Assembly (NCBI GenBank): GCA_964013405.1
Contig: CAXGWI010000013.1
Span: forward strand, 1-44,922
Length of the DNA stretch: 44,922 bases
Direction of reading: 5' to 3'
Source of the DNA: an uncultured Myxococcales bacterium
GTDB taxonomy: Bacteria; Myxococcota; UBA4151
A program made the position numbers and the translations under genes. Shown piece after piece: positions 1 to 14,842 of the stretch (position 1 is the stretch's first letter; every line of letters begins with the position of its first letter). Below the pieces are notes generated by a model, which made no database searches, was not told the origin of the DNA, and was given only the letters and a program-made list of their open reading frames with translations.

Positions 1-448
1 ATCCGGAGTCCATGTTGGAAGCGTCGATGGAGTTCGAAGCCGATCTGGGTGTGGACTCCATCAAGCGGGTTGAGATTCTCTCCCGGGTGGCTGACGAGTT
101 GCCGGACTTGCCCCAGGTGAACCCGGAGGATCTGAGCGACCTTCGAAGCATCGCCCAGGTCGTGGCTTTCTTGAGCGCCGATCTGGGGGTCGCGGCCCCT
201 GCCGCCCCCGTGAATGGCTCGAGCGGATCTGTACTGACTGCGGACCTTGTTCAGGCCGCGGTCTTTGCGGTGATCGCTCAGACCACCGGTTATCCGGAGT
301 CCATGTTGGAAGCGTCGATGGAGTTCGAAGCCGATCTGGGTGTGGACTCCATCAAGCGGGTTGAGATTCTCTCCCGGGTGGCTGACGAGTTGCCGGACTT
401 GCCCCAGGTGAACCCGGAGGACCTGAGCGACCTTCGAAGCATCGCCCA
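1..448 (+). repeat. Tandem ACP-domain duplication, period 291 nt
   Basis: 1-157 matches 292-448 with a single mismatch (T131/C422). Confidence 0.95.
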
Positions 449-2903
449 AGTGGTCTCGTTCCTGGTTGCCGATTTGGTCGAAGAAGCCCCGCCAGCCGGG
501 GCTGTGGCAGCGACCGCAGTCCCCATCGAGAAACCAGAGCAGACGGGGCCAGGCGCCTTGGCCTGCCGGGCCTTGCAGCCCCGTCTGATCCAGGGCTCCG
601 AGCCCACGGATGTGCGGGCCTTTCAATGCCCAGTCGATCATGAACTCTGGATTTATGATGATGGAACGCCCTTTGCCCAGGGGCTGGTATCGGCCTTCGA
701 AGCTCGTGGGATCACCGCACGGGTGATCGATGAGCAGGGCCAAGGGAACTGTAAGCCCTGCGGCGGCCTCATCCTTCTCGCCGGCCCGACGGAGGGCGAT
801 GAGCCCCTGTGGTCTGAGGCAGCCGAGGAGCGGTTGAAGCGCTCGGTGATGCTGGTGAAAAGCTTGGCGCCGGCCTTGCAGTCTGCCCAGGCTGCTGGTG
901 GTGCGCTGCTCTGTAGCGTGACCCAGTTGGACGGGCGTCTCGGGACGGGCCAGACCGACCATCGGGTCGATCCCTTGCAAGCCGGACTCGCAGGCCTGGT
1001 GAAGACTTCGGCGAAGGAATGGTCTGGTCTTCATGGCCGGGTCATCGACGTGAGCCCCCAATGGAATGACGAGACTCGGGCCATGGCCATCGTTGATGCC
1101 TGTTTGAAGGATGGGCCTATCGAAATGGGCGTGGGGCCCGATGGTGCGGTCACGGTCGATCTCGTGACCCAGCCAGAACCCCGGTCCCGGCGGGCCCTTG
1201 AGACCGGCTCTCTGTTCATCATCACGGGGGGTGCTCGCGGTGTGACCGCAGCCTGCGCCATCGAGTTGGCGAGCCGCCAGCCAGGCTTGGCCTTTGCGCT
1301 CTGGGGGCGCTCTCGTTTGGAGCCGGAAGCCGAGTATCTCGCGGGGGTTGAGGATGAAGCGAGCCTTAAAGCCCTGCTGCTTGAACGACGGGACGACGTC
1401 CAGACACCCAAGGAACTGCAAGCGGCCTGTGCCCGCGTGCTCGCCCAGCGCGAGATCCGTTCAACGCTAGCGGCCATCGAGTCCGTGGGAGCCCAAGCGG
1501 TTTATGCATCCGTGGATCTTCGGGATGCCGCGGCCGTGGCCACTGAGGTGGAGCGCTTGGAAGACCGGTTCGGGCCGGTGCGTGGCCTTGTCCATGGAGC
1601 CGGTGTGCTTCGGGATCGGCGAATCGAAGACAAGACCCGGGATCAGGTGGACGATGTGCTCGACACGAAGCTTGCGGGACTTCGTCATGTGCTCAATGCG
1701 CTGCAACTGGACGAGCTCCGTAGCCTCAATCTCTTCGCATCCATTACGGGCCGCGTGGGTCGTGTGGGACAGGTCGACTATGCTGTCGCTAATCAAGCAT
1801 TGGACAAGGTGGCCTGGCAGCTGGCTGCCCGACTGCCTGGCTGTCGAGTGCAGTCCTTCGCCTGGGGGCCTTGGGATGGCGGCATGGTGACGCCAGCCCT
1901 CCGTCAGACCTTCGTCAACGAAGGGGTGGGGCTGATTCCCTTAGCTGCCGGCGCCCGCTGCTTTGCCGATTGGGCCTTGGCGGCTCCTGGGGCCCACGCG
2001 GAACTGCTGGTGGGTGTTGATTTGCCCGAGCTGGCAGCGGCCGATGGGCTCGCGAGCGAGGGCGGACGGGCCTTACGGCAGCTCGAGCTTCATCCCGAAC
2101 TGCCGGTGCTGATCCATCACCGCTTGGCCGGTGAAGGTGTCCTTCCCATGGCCCTGGGGATCGACTGGATGGTTCAGGAAAGCCGGCGGCTTGGCCTGGG
2201 TCTCCAATTACATCGTGTCGAGAATGCCCAAGTCCTCCAAGGGGTGAGTGTTGCGGAGTCGCTGACGCTGACTGTTTGCCTGGAAACAAGCCAGGTGGAA
2301 GGCAGCGATCTGCGCCAAACCATGAGCCTTCGGGATGCCAGCGGTCGCCAGCGCATGCGTGCGGAGGTCGTGCTCAGCAGCGAAGCGCCCAGTCGGCAGT
2401 CCACTTCCATGGATGCACTGCCCGCAACGGGGACGTATTCGCCGGAGGCCATCTACGGTGAAGCCCTCTTTCATGGCCCGCTCCTCCAAGCCATCGAGTC
2501 AGTGGATGGCCTGAACTCCGATGGAATCGATGTGAGTTTGGTCCGGCCTGAAGCATCAGGCCCGTGGCTTGAAGGTGAAACGGCCGATTGGGATCCAGAG
2601 GGTACCCTGTGGCTTGATTCTGCTTTCCAGGCGATGATCCTGTGGAGTCGGGATCAGCAGTCAGCTCCCTCCTTGCCCAGCCGTTTCGGTCGTTGGCAGC
2701 GTTTCCAGGACTGGCCCGATGCGGCCCCTCGACTGCGGGCTCGGGTCCGCAGCGTTAAAGGGGCGATGATCACCAGCGATATCTGCTTCCTAGGGCCAGA
2801 TGATGAGGTGGTGGCCTTGGTCGAAGATTACTCGGCGACTGCATCACCCCAGTTGGCCGAAGCCTTTAGCCGCCATGGGAATGACCCGGCGCCCAAGGGA
2901 TGA
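1..2903 (+). CDS. pfaA: PfaA/Pfa2-like PUFA synthase subunit, 5'-truncated (ACP-ACP-KR-PKS-type DH)
   Basis: Frame is open to the window edge. Two ACP motifs EADLGVDSIKRVEIL, KR NADPH motif TGGARGVT with HGAGVLRD and DYAVAN, and DH motif HHRLAGEGVLP with LDSAFQ. ATGA overlap with the next gene. Confidence 0.9.
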   Translation, partial: PESMLEASMEFEADLGVDSIKRVEILSRVADELPDLPQVNPEDLSDLRSIAQVVAFLSADLGVAAPAAPVNGSSGSVLTADLVQAAVFAVIAQTTGYPESMLEASMEFEADLGVDSIKRVEILSRVADELPDLPQVNPEDLSDLRSIAQVVSFLVADLVEEAPPAGAVAATAVPIEKPEQTGPGALACRALQPRLIQGSEPTDVRAFQCPVDHELWIYDDGTPFAQGLVSAFEARGITARVIDEQGQGNCKPCGGLILLAGPTEGDEPLWSEAAEERLKRSVMLVKSLAPALQSAQAAGGALLCSVTQLDGRLGTGQTDHRVDPLQAGLAGLVKTSAKEWSGLHGRVIDVSPQWNDETRAMAIVDACLKDGPIEMGVGPDGAVTVDLVTQPEPRSRRALETGSLFIITGGARGVTAACAIELASRQPGLAFALWGRSRLEPEAEYLAGVEDEASLKALLLERRDDVQTPKELQAACARVLAQREIRSTLAAIESVGAQAVYASVDLRDAAAVATEVERLEDRFGPVRGLVHGAGVLRDRRIEDKTRDQVDDVLDTKLAGLRHVLNALQLDELRSLNLFASITGRVGRVGQVDYAVANQALDKVAWQLAARLPGCRVQSFAWGPWDGGMVTPALRQTFVNEGVGLIPLAAGARCFADWALAAPGAHAELLVGVDLPELAAADGLASEGGRALRQLELHPELPVLIHHRLAGEGVLPMALGIDWMVQESRRLGLGLQLHRVENAQVLQGVSVAESLTLTVCLETSQVEGSDLRQTMSLRDASGRQRMRAEVVLSSEAPSRQSTSMDALPATGTYSPEAIYGEALFHGPLLQAIESVDGLNSDGIDVSLVRPEASGPWLEGETADWDPEGTLWLDSAFQAMILWSRDQQSAPSLPSRFGRWQRFQDWPDAAPRLRARVRSVKGAMITSDICFLGPDDEVVALVEDYSATASPQLAEAFSRHGNDPAPKG

Positions 2904-5900
2904 GCCGCTCCGACCCCCATGCCCCCTGGGACATTGCCATCGTCGCAGCCGATGGTCTCTTTCCTGGGGCCGCTGACGCAGAGGCCCTCTGGTCTTTGAT
3001 CAGCGCAGGGGACGACGCCGCCCGGGAGACACCCGGTCGGCGTTGGGCACCGGGACGCGAAGGCATGCTCCATTCGGAGGGGGCCCCGGACAAGGCCTGG
3101 AGTGCTGTTGCCTGTCTCTTGGAGCAGCAGCCAGAGCTTCCCCCGGCCCTGGCCCACCTTGAAGAAGGCCTGGATAGACTCGATCCCAGTTATCGCTTGG
3201 CTTTGAGTGTGGGGGCTCGGGTTTGGTCCCAAGCGCAGACCCATAGCCTCGACCCTAAAAGGTGCCCCGTCATCTTGGCGAACATCGCGTTGCCGAGTCA
3301 GACCAGCGCTGATCTCTGTTTGGGGGTTCACGGTGCGCTGCTGAAAGAATGGGCCATCGGTTCGAGTCCTGAAGCGGGTTCCGATTTAGGGACGGATCCT
3401 GAGAATCTTGGCGCTTTTGCGGGGCCGGCCCATATGTTGAGTCAGGCCCTCGGCCTCCAGGGGGCCGCTTACGTCCTCGATGCCGCCTGTGCCTCTTCCC
3501 TTTATGCCCTGCACCTCGCTTGCCAGGAATTGCGTAGCGGCGCAGCCGATGCGGTCCTCACCGGTGGAATGTCTCGGCCCGATGCCCTCTACACACAGGT
3601 GGGCTTCAGTCAATTGACGGCCCTGAGTCGACAAGGTCGCTGTGCCCCCTTTGACCAGAGTGCCGACGGTCTTCTGGTGGGGGAGGGAGCCGCTTTCTTT
3701 GTTCTAAAAAGACATGCGGATGCTCTTCGTGATGGTGATGCTATCCACGGAATTATCCGTGGTATTGGTCTGAGTAATGATGTCGCCGGGAGCTTGCTCT
3801 CGCCTTCGTCGACCGGTCAGGTCCGAGCCATGCGCACTGCCTACGCACGGGCTGGCTGGACCACGGACGCGCCGGATCTCATCGAGTGCCACGGTACGGG
3901 GACAGCCCGGGGGGATCGGGTCGAGGTGGAAAGCCTCATGGAACTGCGGCCCGCGGACGCTTCACCCTGCGTGATCGGTTCGGTGAAATCGAACATCGGA
4001 CACCTGCTCACCGGGGCGGGGGCCGCGGGGCTGATGAAGGTGCTCTTGGCCCTTAAGCACGAGACGCTGCCACCGACAGCCCATTTTCAGCAGGGGCTCG
4101 ATGTGATCGATGGAGCCCGGCTTCGGGTTCTGAGTCAACCCGAACCCTGGCCAGTCCCTTCATCGGGCGAGCCGAGACGGGCGGCCCTCTCTGGCTTCGG
4201 ATTTGGCGGCATCAATGCCCATGTCCTGATCGAGGAGGCCCGCTGCGGGCCGAAAGAGGCCGAAGGGGAGCAGCCATGGACCGATCTGGCCGTCACCGGC
4301 CTAGGGGCTCGAGTCGGTGGTCTTCGGGATCGCCACGACTTCCGACAAGCCGTTCTTTTGGGGCACTCAGCCCTTGCCGACCGGCCTTCTGAGCGCTGGG
4401 GTGATGCGGAATCGAGCCAATGGCTCCAGCACCAACCCATGGCGAGACGTCCCCACACGGGCGCCTGGCTTCCCAGCCTGGATTTGCCTGTTGGGCGTTT
4501 CAAAATTCCCCCCATGGAAGCAGCCCAGGTGCTGCCCCAACAACTGTTGGCTCTTGAGGCGGCGAAACAGGCGACTGAGGATCCAGGCGCTGGCTGGCAG
4601 GATGCGCCGCCGGAGGGCCGTCTGCAAACGGGCGTCGTTGTGGGCCTTGAATTGGATCCGGCCGCAGCCGATGAGCATTTGCGCTGGATGCTGCCGACAT
4701 GGGTTGAGCGCTGGGATGCAGAGCTCGGTTTAGGTCTTTCAGGAGCCGAGCGAGATGCGTGGTGTGATGAGCTGCTGTCCTCTTTGGGGGGTCCCCTCGT
4801 CGCCCAACGAGTCACTGGCGCCCTCGGTGGGATCGTGGCGAGTCGGATCGCCAGAGAACTCAAACTCGGTGGACCGAGTTTCGTCATCGGTGCTGGCGGT
4901 AACAGTGGTCTTCGGGCCCTGCAGGTAGCTCAGCGTTTGATCGCCGCCGGTGACTGCGAGGAGATGCTTGTTGTCGGCGTGGATCTCGGCGGTGAACTTC
5001 GCAGTTGTCTCGCCCGTGGAGCCCAGCGGCCTTGGAGTGAAGGCCGGGAGGTCCACGTTCTCGATACTCGAGCCCAGGGACCTCTCCCCGGGGAGGGTGC
5101 GGTGGCGCTGCTGGTGAAATCGCCTGACCGGGCGGCTCGGGAGGGGGCCCGCTGTTATGCCCGCCTCGAGTCTTTCGGTTGCGGTGGTGGTGAAGCGATG
5201 GCCCTCGAACACTGTCTTGAGGGCGATGACAGTGGGCTCGCCTCTTTAGGTTATTGGGAACTCGGTGCCGATGGTTCGCCGGCCGGCGATCGGGAGCTGC
5301 TGAAGTCCCTGCCAGAGGCAGAAGGAGCGTCTGGGACTGGAGTCGCTTTAGGCAGTGCGAAGGCGGTGCTAGGCGATCTCGGGGCCGCCGCCGGTCTCGC
5401 AGCGGCGGCTAAGGCCTGCCTGGCTCTACATCATCGGGTCCTGCCTCCGTTGTGCACTTACAGCGAACCCATTCACCCCTTACCGCCGTGCTACCATGTG
5501 CCGGTCGAAGCCTTACCTTGGTTGCAAGAACACGATGGCTCTTCCCGCCGCGCCGCGGTGAGCCAGAGCCTCCCCACCGAAGCCCTTTGTGCCCTGTTCA
5601 CAGAGGCCGATACCTCGATGGTGCCCTTGGCCCTGCCCGAGGCGGAGGGCTTGTTTGTCCTCTCGGGCGTCGGGGAGGTTTTCGAGGCCCAGCGGGAGGC
5701 GCTGACTCGGCTCCTCAAGGACGCGGCGCCGGGGGATTCCATGGATGCCCTGGCCCAGCGTTGGTTTGACGCTTCCAAGGGGCCCGCTGCCCCCCAAAGC
5801 GCCTTCATTGCTCGGGATCGAGCGGATGGGCTGGAGCAGCTCGGCAGCCTGCAAGCCGGTCGAGGGGAGAAGGCCCAGCCGATGGCTTGGGTTTTTCCGG

Positions 5901-8900
5901 GATCCGGAAGCCATTATCTAGGCATGGGGCGCCAGTTGGGCTTGGACTTTCCAGGCACGGCAGCCCGGCTCGAGGCAGCCGGACAGCGGGGCCCGTCTGC
6001 AGCCCAGGCAGCCCTCTTCTTCCCCCATCGTCGCCAGTGGCCGAGCGGGTGGGAACAGGACCAAAGGCAGCGCATTCGCGCATCGGCCATCGGCATGATC
6101 TATGGGCAAGTCTCTTACGGCGTCGCCATGGCCGGGGTCCTCAGCGACTGCGGTCTCAAGCCCGATGCAGTTATCGGTTACAGCTTAGGGGAAACCGCAG
6201 GTTTCCTGGCCACGGGGGCGTGGTCAGACCAGTCGGCCATGATGGCGGAGGCTGAATCCGGGGAGCTGTTTAGCCGCTGGTTGGGCGGTGACTTTGAGGC
6301 GATGGCAAAGCGGTGGAAGCTCGATGCACCCGACTGGATGGTCGCCCTCGTGCCTCGCCCCGCAGACAGCCTTCGGCCTGCGTTGGGCGACCACTGTCGC
6401 CTCCTGATCATCAACGGTGCTGAAGAGTGTATTTTGGGGGGGCATCGACCGGCCTTGGAGGGGCTGCTTCGTCAGTTGGATTGCCGTGGAGCCGTGGAGT
6501 TGTCCGGTGTGATCACCGTCCACTGCGAGCTGCTCGAGCCCAAAGCCGAGGAATACCTTCGCCTGCACCATCGGGCCACCACCGTCCCCGAAGGCATCCG
6601 CTTCTACAGTGGTAATTGGGGGAGGGCCTATGATCTCACGGCGCAATCGGCCGCAGAGTCCATCCAGGCGAACGCCCTCCATGGCATCGACTACCCGGCC
6701 TTGATCGAACAGGCTTATGCCGACGGCCTTCGGGTTTTTGTGGAACCAGGCCCCGGCAATTCATGCACCCGCATGATCAAAAAAATTCTTGGCGATCGTC
6801 CCCACACCTGTGTGTCGCTCGGCGCCCAAGGCCAACGCCCGTTTACGGCGGTGATTCACGGGCTTCTTGATTTGATTCATGCGGGTTATTCCGCTGATTT
6901 GAGTTGTGTTTATGGTGTTCGTGATGCCCAGGGGGGTGAGGCGAAGCAAGCCGCCGCCATCCCCCTTGATCTGGTCTCCCTTCCGGTCCGCAACAAGGTG
7001 CCAGCCCGCCCCAGCCCTAGGGCGCCGGCAAACGACGACTTGATCGGGGGCAAGCCGGCGGCTGTTGAGCCGGTGCACCAACAGCCGGTGGCGACGGTGA
7101 CGGCCCAGCCGGCGGGTGCGCCGGCGCCATCGATGTCGGACTGGGACGCCACCGCCCGAGCCCACGCCGCCTTTTTGCAGGCCTCTCAGGAAAACACGGC
7201 CTTGCAGTTGGCCCTCATCGCGCGACTGCAAGGGCAGCCCGCTGAGTTACCACAAATCACCGGACTTCAGCCGGAGCATCAGCCGGTGCCCGAGCTGGCG
7301 ATTCCCCCGGCGCCCCAGCCATTGCATGACTACGAAGCCTGCCTGCAACTGGCCCGTGGCTCTGTCGCCAAGGTCTTCGGCCCCGCTTTCGCCGAGGTGG
7401 ATACGTATCCGGTTCGGGTTCGGCTCCCCGATGAGCCCCTGTTGCTGTGTCACCGGATCATGGACATTGAGGGCGAAGCGCTATCGATGGGGTCTGGGCG
7501 CATTGTCACCGAGCACGATGTCTTGCCCGATGCTTGGTACCTCGATGGCGGGCGTTCGCCCGTTTCGATCACCGTTGAGGCCGGGCAAGCTGATCTGGTC
7601 TTGTCCGGCTGGCTGGGGATCGACCATCAGGTCAAAGGCGGTCATGCCTATCGCCTTCTGGACGCCACCGTGACCTTCCATCGAGATCTCCCCAAGGCCG
7701 GAGAGACGATGCGATACGATATTCATATCGATCGCTTCATCCGCCAAGGGGACACCTGGTTGTTCTTCTTTCACTACGACGGCTTTATCGGTGAGGAGCG
7801 ACTCATCAGCATGCGAGACGGCTGCGCTGGTTTCTTCTCTCCAGCCCAGTTGGCCGAGGGCCGAGGCCTGGTGAAAGAGGTCGGCGAGGCGCCATTACAG
7901 CGGCGCCTCGATGCGAAAGGGCAGCCCGCCGCTCCCTTCCGCCCGCTGGTTCCCTTCGATCAGCCGATGGCGCTCTCCAGTGGGCAACTGGATGCCCTTC
8001 GGTCTGGTGATGCGGAGGCGGCATTCGGCGCCACCTTTAAGGGGCGGGAGATCGCACCGGGGCTGCGCCTGCCCGATGATCGAATGCGACTGATCCATCG
8101 TGTCACGGAGCTTGATCCCACGGGCGGTCGCTACGGGCTTGGTCGCGTGGTGGCCGAATGTGATGTGGAGCCCGACGCTTGGTATCTCACCTGCCACTTT
8201 GTCGACGATCAGGTCATGCCTGGCACCCTCATGTACGAGGGCTGTCTCCACAGTCTGCGGGTTTTGCTGCTGCGCATGGGCTGGATCGGTACGGCGGATG
8301 GTCGTGACGATGAACTCCACACGGCGCCCATCCTCGACATTCCCAGTGCCCTGGTGTGTCGAGGGCAGGTCTTAGCGGATACGGGCAGTTTCGCTTACGA
8401 GTTGGATTTGAAAGAGATCGGCTACGATCCAGAAGCCTACTGCTTGGCCGATGCGGTCATGCGGGTTGGCGATCACAAGATCGTCGCCTTTGACAACGTG
8501 AGTCTACGGATCCCTGGGCTCACGGAAGCCGCGGCGAAAAAGGGTGTGGGCACCATGGAGGCGCCCCTTGGTCTACCCCCGGCTCGCCCCGAGCTGACCT
8601 CTGTTTCCGGCAAGCCCGTCTACTACGGCCCGCAACAAATCGAAGCCTACTGTGTCGGGCGTCCCAGCGAGGGCTTTGGGGATCGCTACCTTCCCTTTGA
8701 TGAGCAGCGGCGGATCGCCCGGCTTCCTGGTCAGCCCTTTTGCTTTGTGGATCGGGTCACCGAGTTAAACGATCCCCCCTGGATCTTGAAACCTTCCGGG
8801 TGGATCGAATGCGAATACGATCTGCCGGATGCCCCCTGGTACGTGGCCGCGAACCGCCAGCAGGACCTCCCATTTTCGGTCATCTTGGAAGCAGCGCTAC

Positions 8901-9757
8901 AGCCCTGTGGTTGGTTGGCTGCCTATTTAGGCTCGGCGCTTCGCAGTGATCAGGATCTCCATTTCCGGAATCTGGGCGGTACGGCTCAATTGCTGAGGCC
9001 GATCACGGCAGCCAACCAGTGCATCACCACTCGAGTCCGCATGACGAAGGTGAGCGAAGCCAGCGGCATGATCATCCAGGACTTCGATTTGGAGCTCTAT
9101 GCAGACGGGGAGCTAGCCTATCAAGGCACCACGAACTTCGGCTTCTTCCCCAGCGCCAGCCTCGCGGCCCAGGTGGGGGTTCGAGGGGCTGCAGAGCGAG
9201 CTTGGGTCCAGAATGAGGGTGAAGCCTTTCCCCTGGAGTCTCTCGGCCCACCGTCGCCTGAGGCTTACGAGGGCGAAGTCCTCAACGAGGCGGGGCTCTT
9301 GTTGCCCTCGACCCCCTATCTGATGCTTGATCAGATCAGTTGCTTTGCCCCTGATGGCGGGCCCGAGGGGCTCGGTTACATCGCTGGGACTCGTCGTGTG
9401 GACCCCTCTGAGTGGTTCTTCAAAGCACACTTCTATCAAGACCCGGTCGTCCCGGGTTCCTTGGGGCTCGAGAGCTTTTTGCAACTCCTGAAGGTCTTCG
9501 CCCAGCGGCGCTGGCCGCAGCACGTCGACAGCCATCGCTTCGGTGCCATTGCCCTAGGCCGTGACCATGAGTGGATCTATCGGGGGCAGGTGATCCCTGA
9601 GAACGAAGAGGTTCTTGTGGAAGCGGTGATCACTGCCGTTGAGGAGGCAACCGATGGGACGCTGCGGCTCCAGGCCGATGGCTTTCTCCGCTGCGACGGC
9701 AAGGTGATTTACGAGATGAAGCACTTCTGCCTCGAACTGGAACCTCTGCTTCACTAA
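2900..9757 (+). CDS. Fused PfaBC/Pfa3-like PUFA synthase subunit (KS-CLF-AT-DH'-DH-DH'-DH), 2285 aa
   Basis: KS triad motifs DAACASS, HGTGT and NIGHLL. Second KS-like domain lacks the catalytic Cys (CLF). AT motif GYSLG. FabA-type DH motifs WYLTCHFVDDQVMPG and WFFKAHFYQDPVVPGSLG, each preceded by a His-less pseudo-DH. Confidence 0.9.
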   Translation: MSRSDPHAPWDIAIVAADGLFPGAADAEALWSLISAGDDAARETPGRRWAPGREGMLHSEGAPDKAWSAVACLLEQQPELPPALAHLEEGLDRLDPSYRLALSVGARVWSQAQTHSLDPKRCPVILANIALPSQTSADLCLGVHGALLKEWAIGSSPEAGSDLGTDPENLGAFAGPAHMLSQALGLQGAAYVLDAACASSLYALHLACQELRSGAADAVLTGGMSRPDALYTQVGFSQLTALSRQGRCAPFDQSADGLLVGEGAAFFVLKRHADALRDGDAIHGIIRGIGLSNDVAGSLLSPSSTGQVRAMRTAYARAGWTTDAPDLIECHGTGTARGDRVEVESLMELRPADASPCVIGSVKSNIGHLLTGAGAAGLMKVLLALKHETLPPTAHFQQGLDVIDGARLRVLSQPEPWPVPSSGEPRRAALSGFGFGGINAHVLIEEARCGPKEAEGEQPWTDLAVTGLGARVGGLRDRHDFRQAVLLGHSALADRPSERWGDAESSQWLQHQPMARRPHTGAWLPSLDLPVGRFKIPPMEAAQVLPQQLLALEAAKQATEDPGAGWQDAPPEGRLQTGVVVGLELDPAAADEHLRWMLPTWVERWDAELGLGLSGAERDAWCDELLSSLGGPLVAQRVTGALGGIVASRIARELKLGGPSFVIGAGGNSGLRALQVAQRLIAAGDCEEMLVVGVDLGGELRSCLARGAQRPWSEGREVHVLDTRAQGPLPGEGAVALLVKSPDRAAREGARCYARLESFGCGGGEAMALEHCLEGDDSGLASLGYWELGADGSPAGDRELLKSLPEAEGASGTGVALGSAKAVLGDLGAAAGLAAAAKACLALHHRVLPPLCTYSEPIHPLPPCYHVPVEALPWLQEHDGSSRRAAVSQSLPTEALCALFTEADTSMVPLALPEAEGLFVLSGVGEVFEAQREALTRLLKDAAPGDSMDALAQRWFDASKGPAAPQSAFIARDRADGLEQLGSLQAGRGEKAQPMAWVFPGSGSHYLGMGRQLGLDFPGTAARLEAAGQRGPSAAQAALFFPHRRQWPSGWEQDQRQRIRASAIGMIYGQVSYGVAMAGVLSDCGLKPDAVIGYSLGETAGFLATGAWSDQSAMMAEAESGELFSRWLGGDFEAMAKRWKLDAPDWMVALVPRPADSLRPALGDHCRLLIINGAEECILGGHRPALEGLLRQLDCRGAVELSGVITVHCELLEPKAEEYLRLHHRATTVPEGIRFYSGNWGRAYDLTAQSAAESIQANALHGIDYPALIEQAYADGLRVFVEPGPGNSCTRMIKKILGDRPHTCVSLGAQGQRPFTAVIHGLLDLIHAGYSADLSCVYGVRDAQGGEAKQAAAIPLDLVSLPVRNKVPARPSPRAPANDDLIGGKPAAVEPVHQQPVATVTAQPAGAPAPSMSDWDATARAHAAFLQASQENTALQLALIARLQGQPAELPQITGLQPEHQPVPELAIPPAPQPLHDYEACLQLARGSVAKVFGPAFAEVDTYPVRVRLPDEPLLLCHRIMDIEGEALSMGSGRIVTEHDVLPDAWYLDGGRSPVSITVEAGQADLVLSGWLGIDHQVKGGHAYRLLDATVTFHRDLPKAGETMRYDIHIDRFIRQGDTWLFFFHYDGFIGEERLISMRDGCAGFFSPAQLAEGRGLVKEVGEAPLQRRLDAKGQPAAPFRPLVPFDQPMALSSGQLDALRSGDAEAAFGATFKGREIAPGLRLPDDRMRLIHRVTELDPTGGRYGLGRVVAECDVEPDAWYLTCHFVDDQVMPGTLMYEGCLHSLRVLLLRMGWIGTADGRDDELHTAPILDIPSALVCRGQVLADTGSFAYELDLKEIGYDPEAYCLADAVMRVGDHKIVAFDNVSLRIPGLTEAAAKKGVGTMEAPLGLPPARPELTSVSGKPVYYGPQQIEAYCVGRPSEGFGDRYLPFDEQRRIARLPGQPFCFVDRVTELNDPPWILKPSGWIECEYDLPDAPWYVAANRQQDLPFSVILEAALQPCGWLAAYLGSALRSDQDLHFRNLGGTAQLLRPITAANQCITTRVRMTKVSEASGMIIQDFDLELYADGELAYQGTTNFGFFPSASLAAQVGVRGAAERAWVQNEGEAFPLESLGPPSPEAYEGEVLNEAGLLLPSTPYLMLDQISCFAPDGGPEGLGYIAGTRRVDPSEWFFKAHFYQDPVVPGSLGLESFLQLLKVFAQRRWPQHVDSHRFGAIALGRDHEWIYRGQVIPENEEVLVEAVITAVEEATDGTLRLQADGFLRCDGKVIYEMKHFCLELEPLLH

Positions 9758-9933
9758 CGGCATCCAAAGGATCCGAGTGGGTTCTCGGCCCTCGCCTCGA
9801 TCTTCTTTTAGGGACTGAGGCGCCAGCCCTGCGTGGGTGATGAAGGGCTGCTTGGCCAGCGACTATGACGAATTGCTTGAGTCCTGAGCAGCCATCCGAC
9901 AAACTACCTTGCCGAACGACTTGGCGAGGACCC

Positions 9934-14236
<4,303 letters not shown>

Positions 14237-14261
14237 CGTGACTTTCTCCAGGGCAAGAACA

Positions 14262-14289
14262 AACCAACAGAACATACGGTCTGTAGGTT
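14262..14289. promoter_or_regulatory. Imperfect inverted repeat in a divergent intergenic region
   Basis: AACCAACAGA-N8-TCTGTAGGTT, 9 of 10 positions complementary. Confidence 0.3.
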
Positions 14290-14470
14290 GTATCGTCCTT
14301 GGAGCGGAGCCGGACCACTCGCCACCGACAAACGTCGTAGTCCGCCGCAACCCCCCGATGATTTCACCGATAGACGGAATCGGTTCATTGGGGTGCGCGG
14401 TTTCAGCGGCGGGGCGAACCCCGCATCGCTCCATCTCGATCTTTCCAGCGGCTTGCCGTAGGCTCAGCCC

Positions 14471-14842
14471 ATGACGGCAGGTGCGGAACCCCATACCCGG
14501 CAGTTGCGACAGCGGCTTGAGGCGCTCCGGGATGAGTTGCGCCAGCAGTTGTCCGATGTGGGGGATATTTCTGGAACCGTCGAGTTGGATCAGGCTCGCA
14601 TCGGTCGTCTGAGCCGTATGGATGCGCTGCAGCATCAAGCGATGGCGAAAGAGCAAAGGCGCCGGGCGGAGGAGCGGCTAGAGCGCGTCCTTGCTCGACT
14701 TGCCGAAGCCGAGGCAGACGACCCCGATTTCGGTCTGTGTCGAGACTGTCTAGAACCGATTATCTGGGCCCGACTCGAAGCGATTCCGGATGCCCTATTC
14801 TGCACCGCTTGCCAGCAACTTCGAGGAGAGAGGCTGCTATGA
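14471..14842 (+). CDS. TraR/DksA family C4 zinc-finger protein
   Basis: Coiled coil with GRLSRMDALQ, and C-terminal FGLCRDC...RLEAIP...CTACQ zinc finger. Confidence 0.85.
   Translation: MTAGAEPHTRQLRQRLEALRDELRQQLSDVGDISGTVELDQARIGRLSRMDALQHQAMAKEQRRRAEERLERVLARLAEAEADDPDFGLCRDCLEPIIWARLEAIPDALFCTACQQLRGERLL

Noticed and set aside
9775..9810. CCGAG-N6-CTCGG hairpin after the pfa genes as a terminator
   Set aside because: The stem is only about 5 bp and the T-rich tract is not adjacent.
14237..14656. 140-aa N-terminal extension of the Cys-rich lipoprotein ORF
   Set aside because: It overlaps the divergent DksA-like gene, and the RBS and signal peptide indicate a start at 14236.
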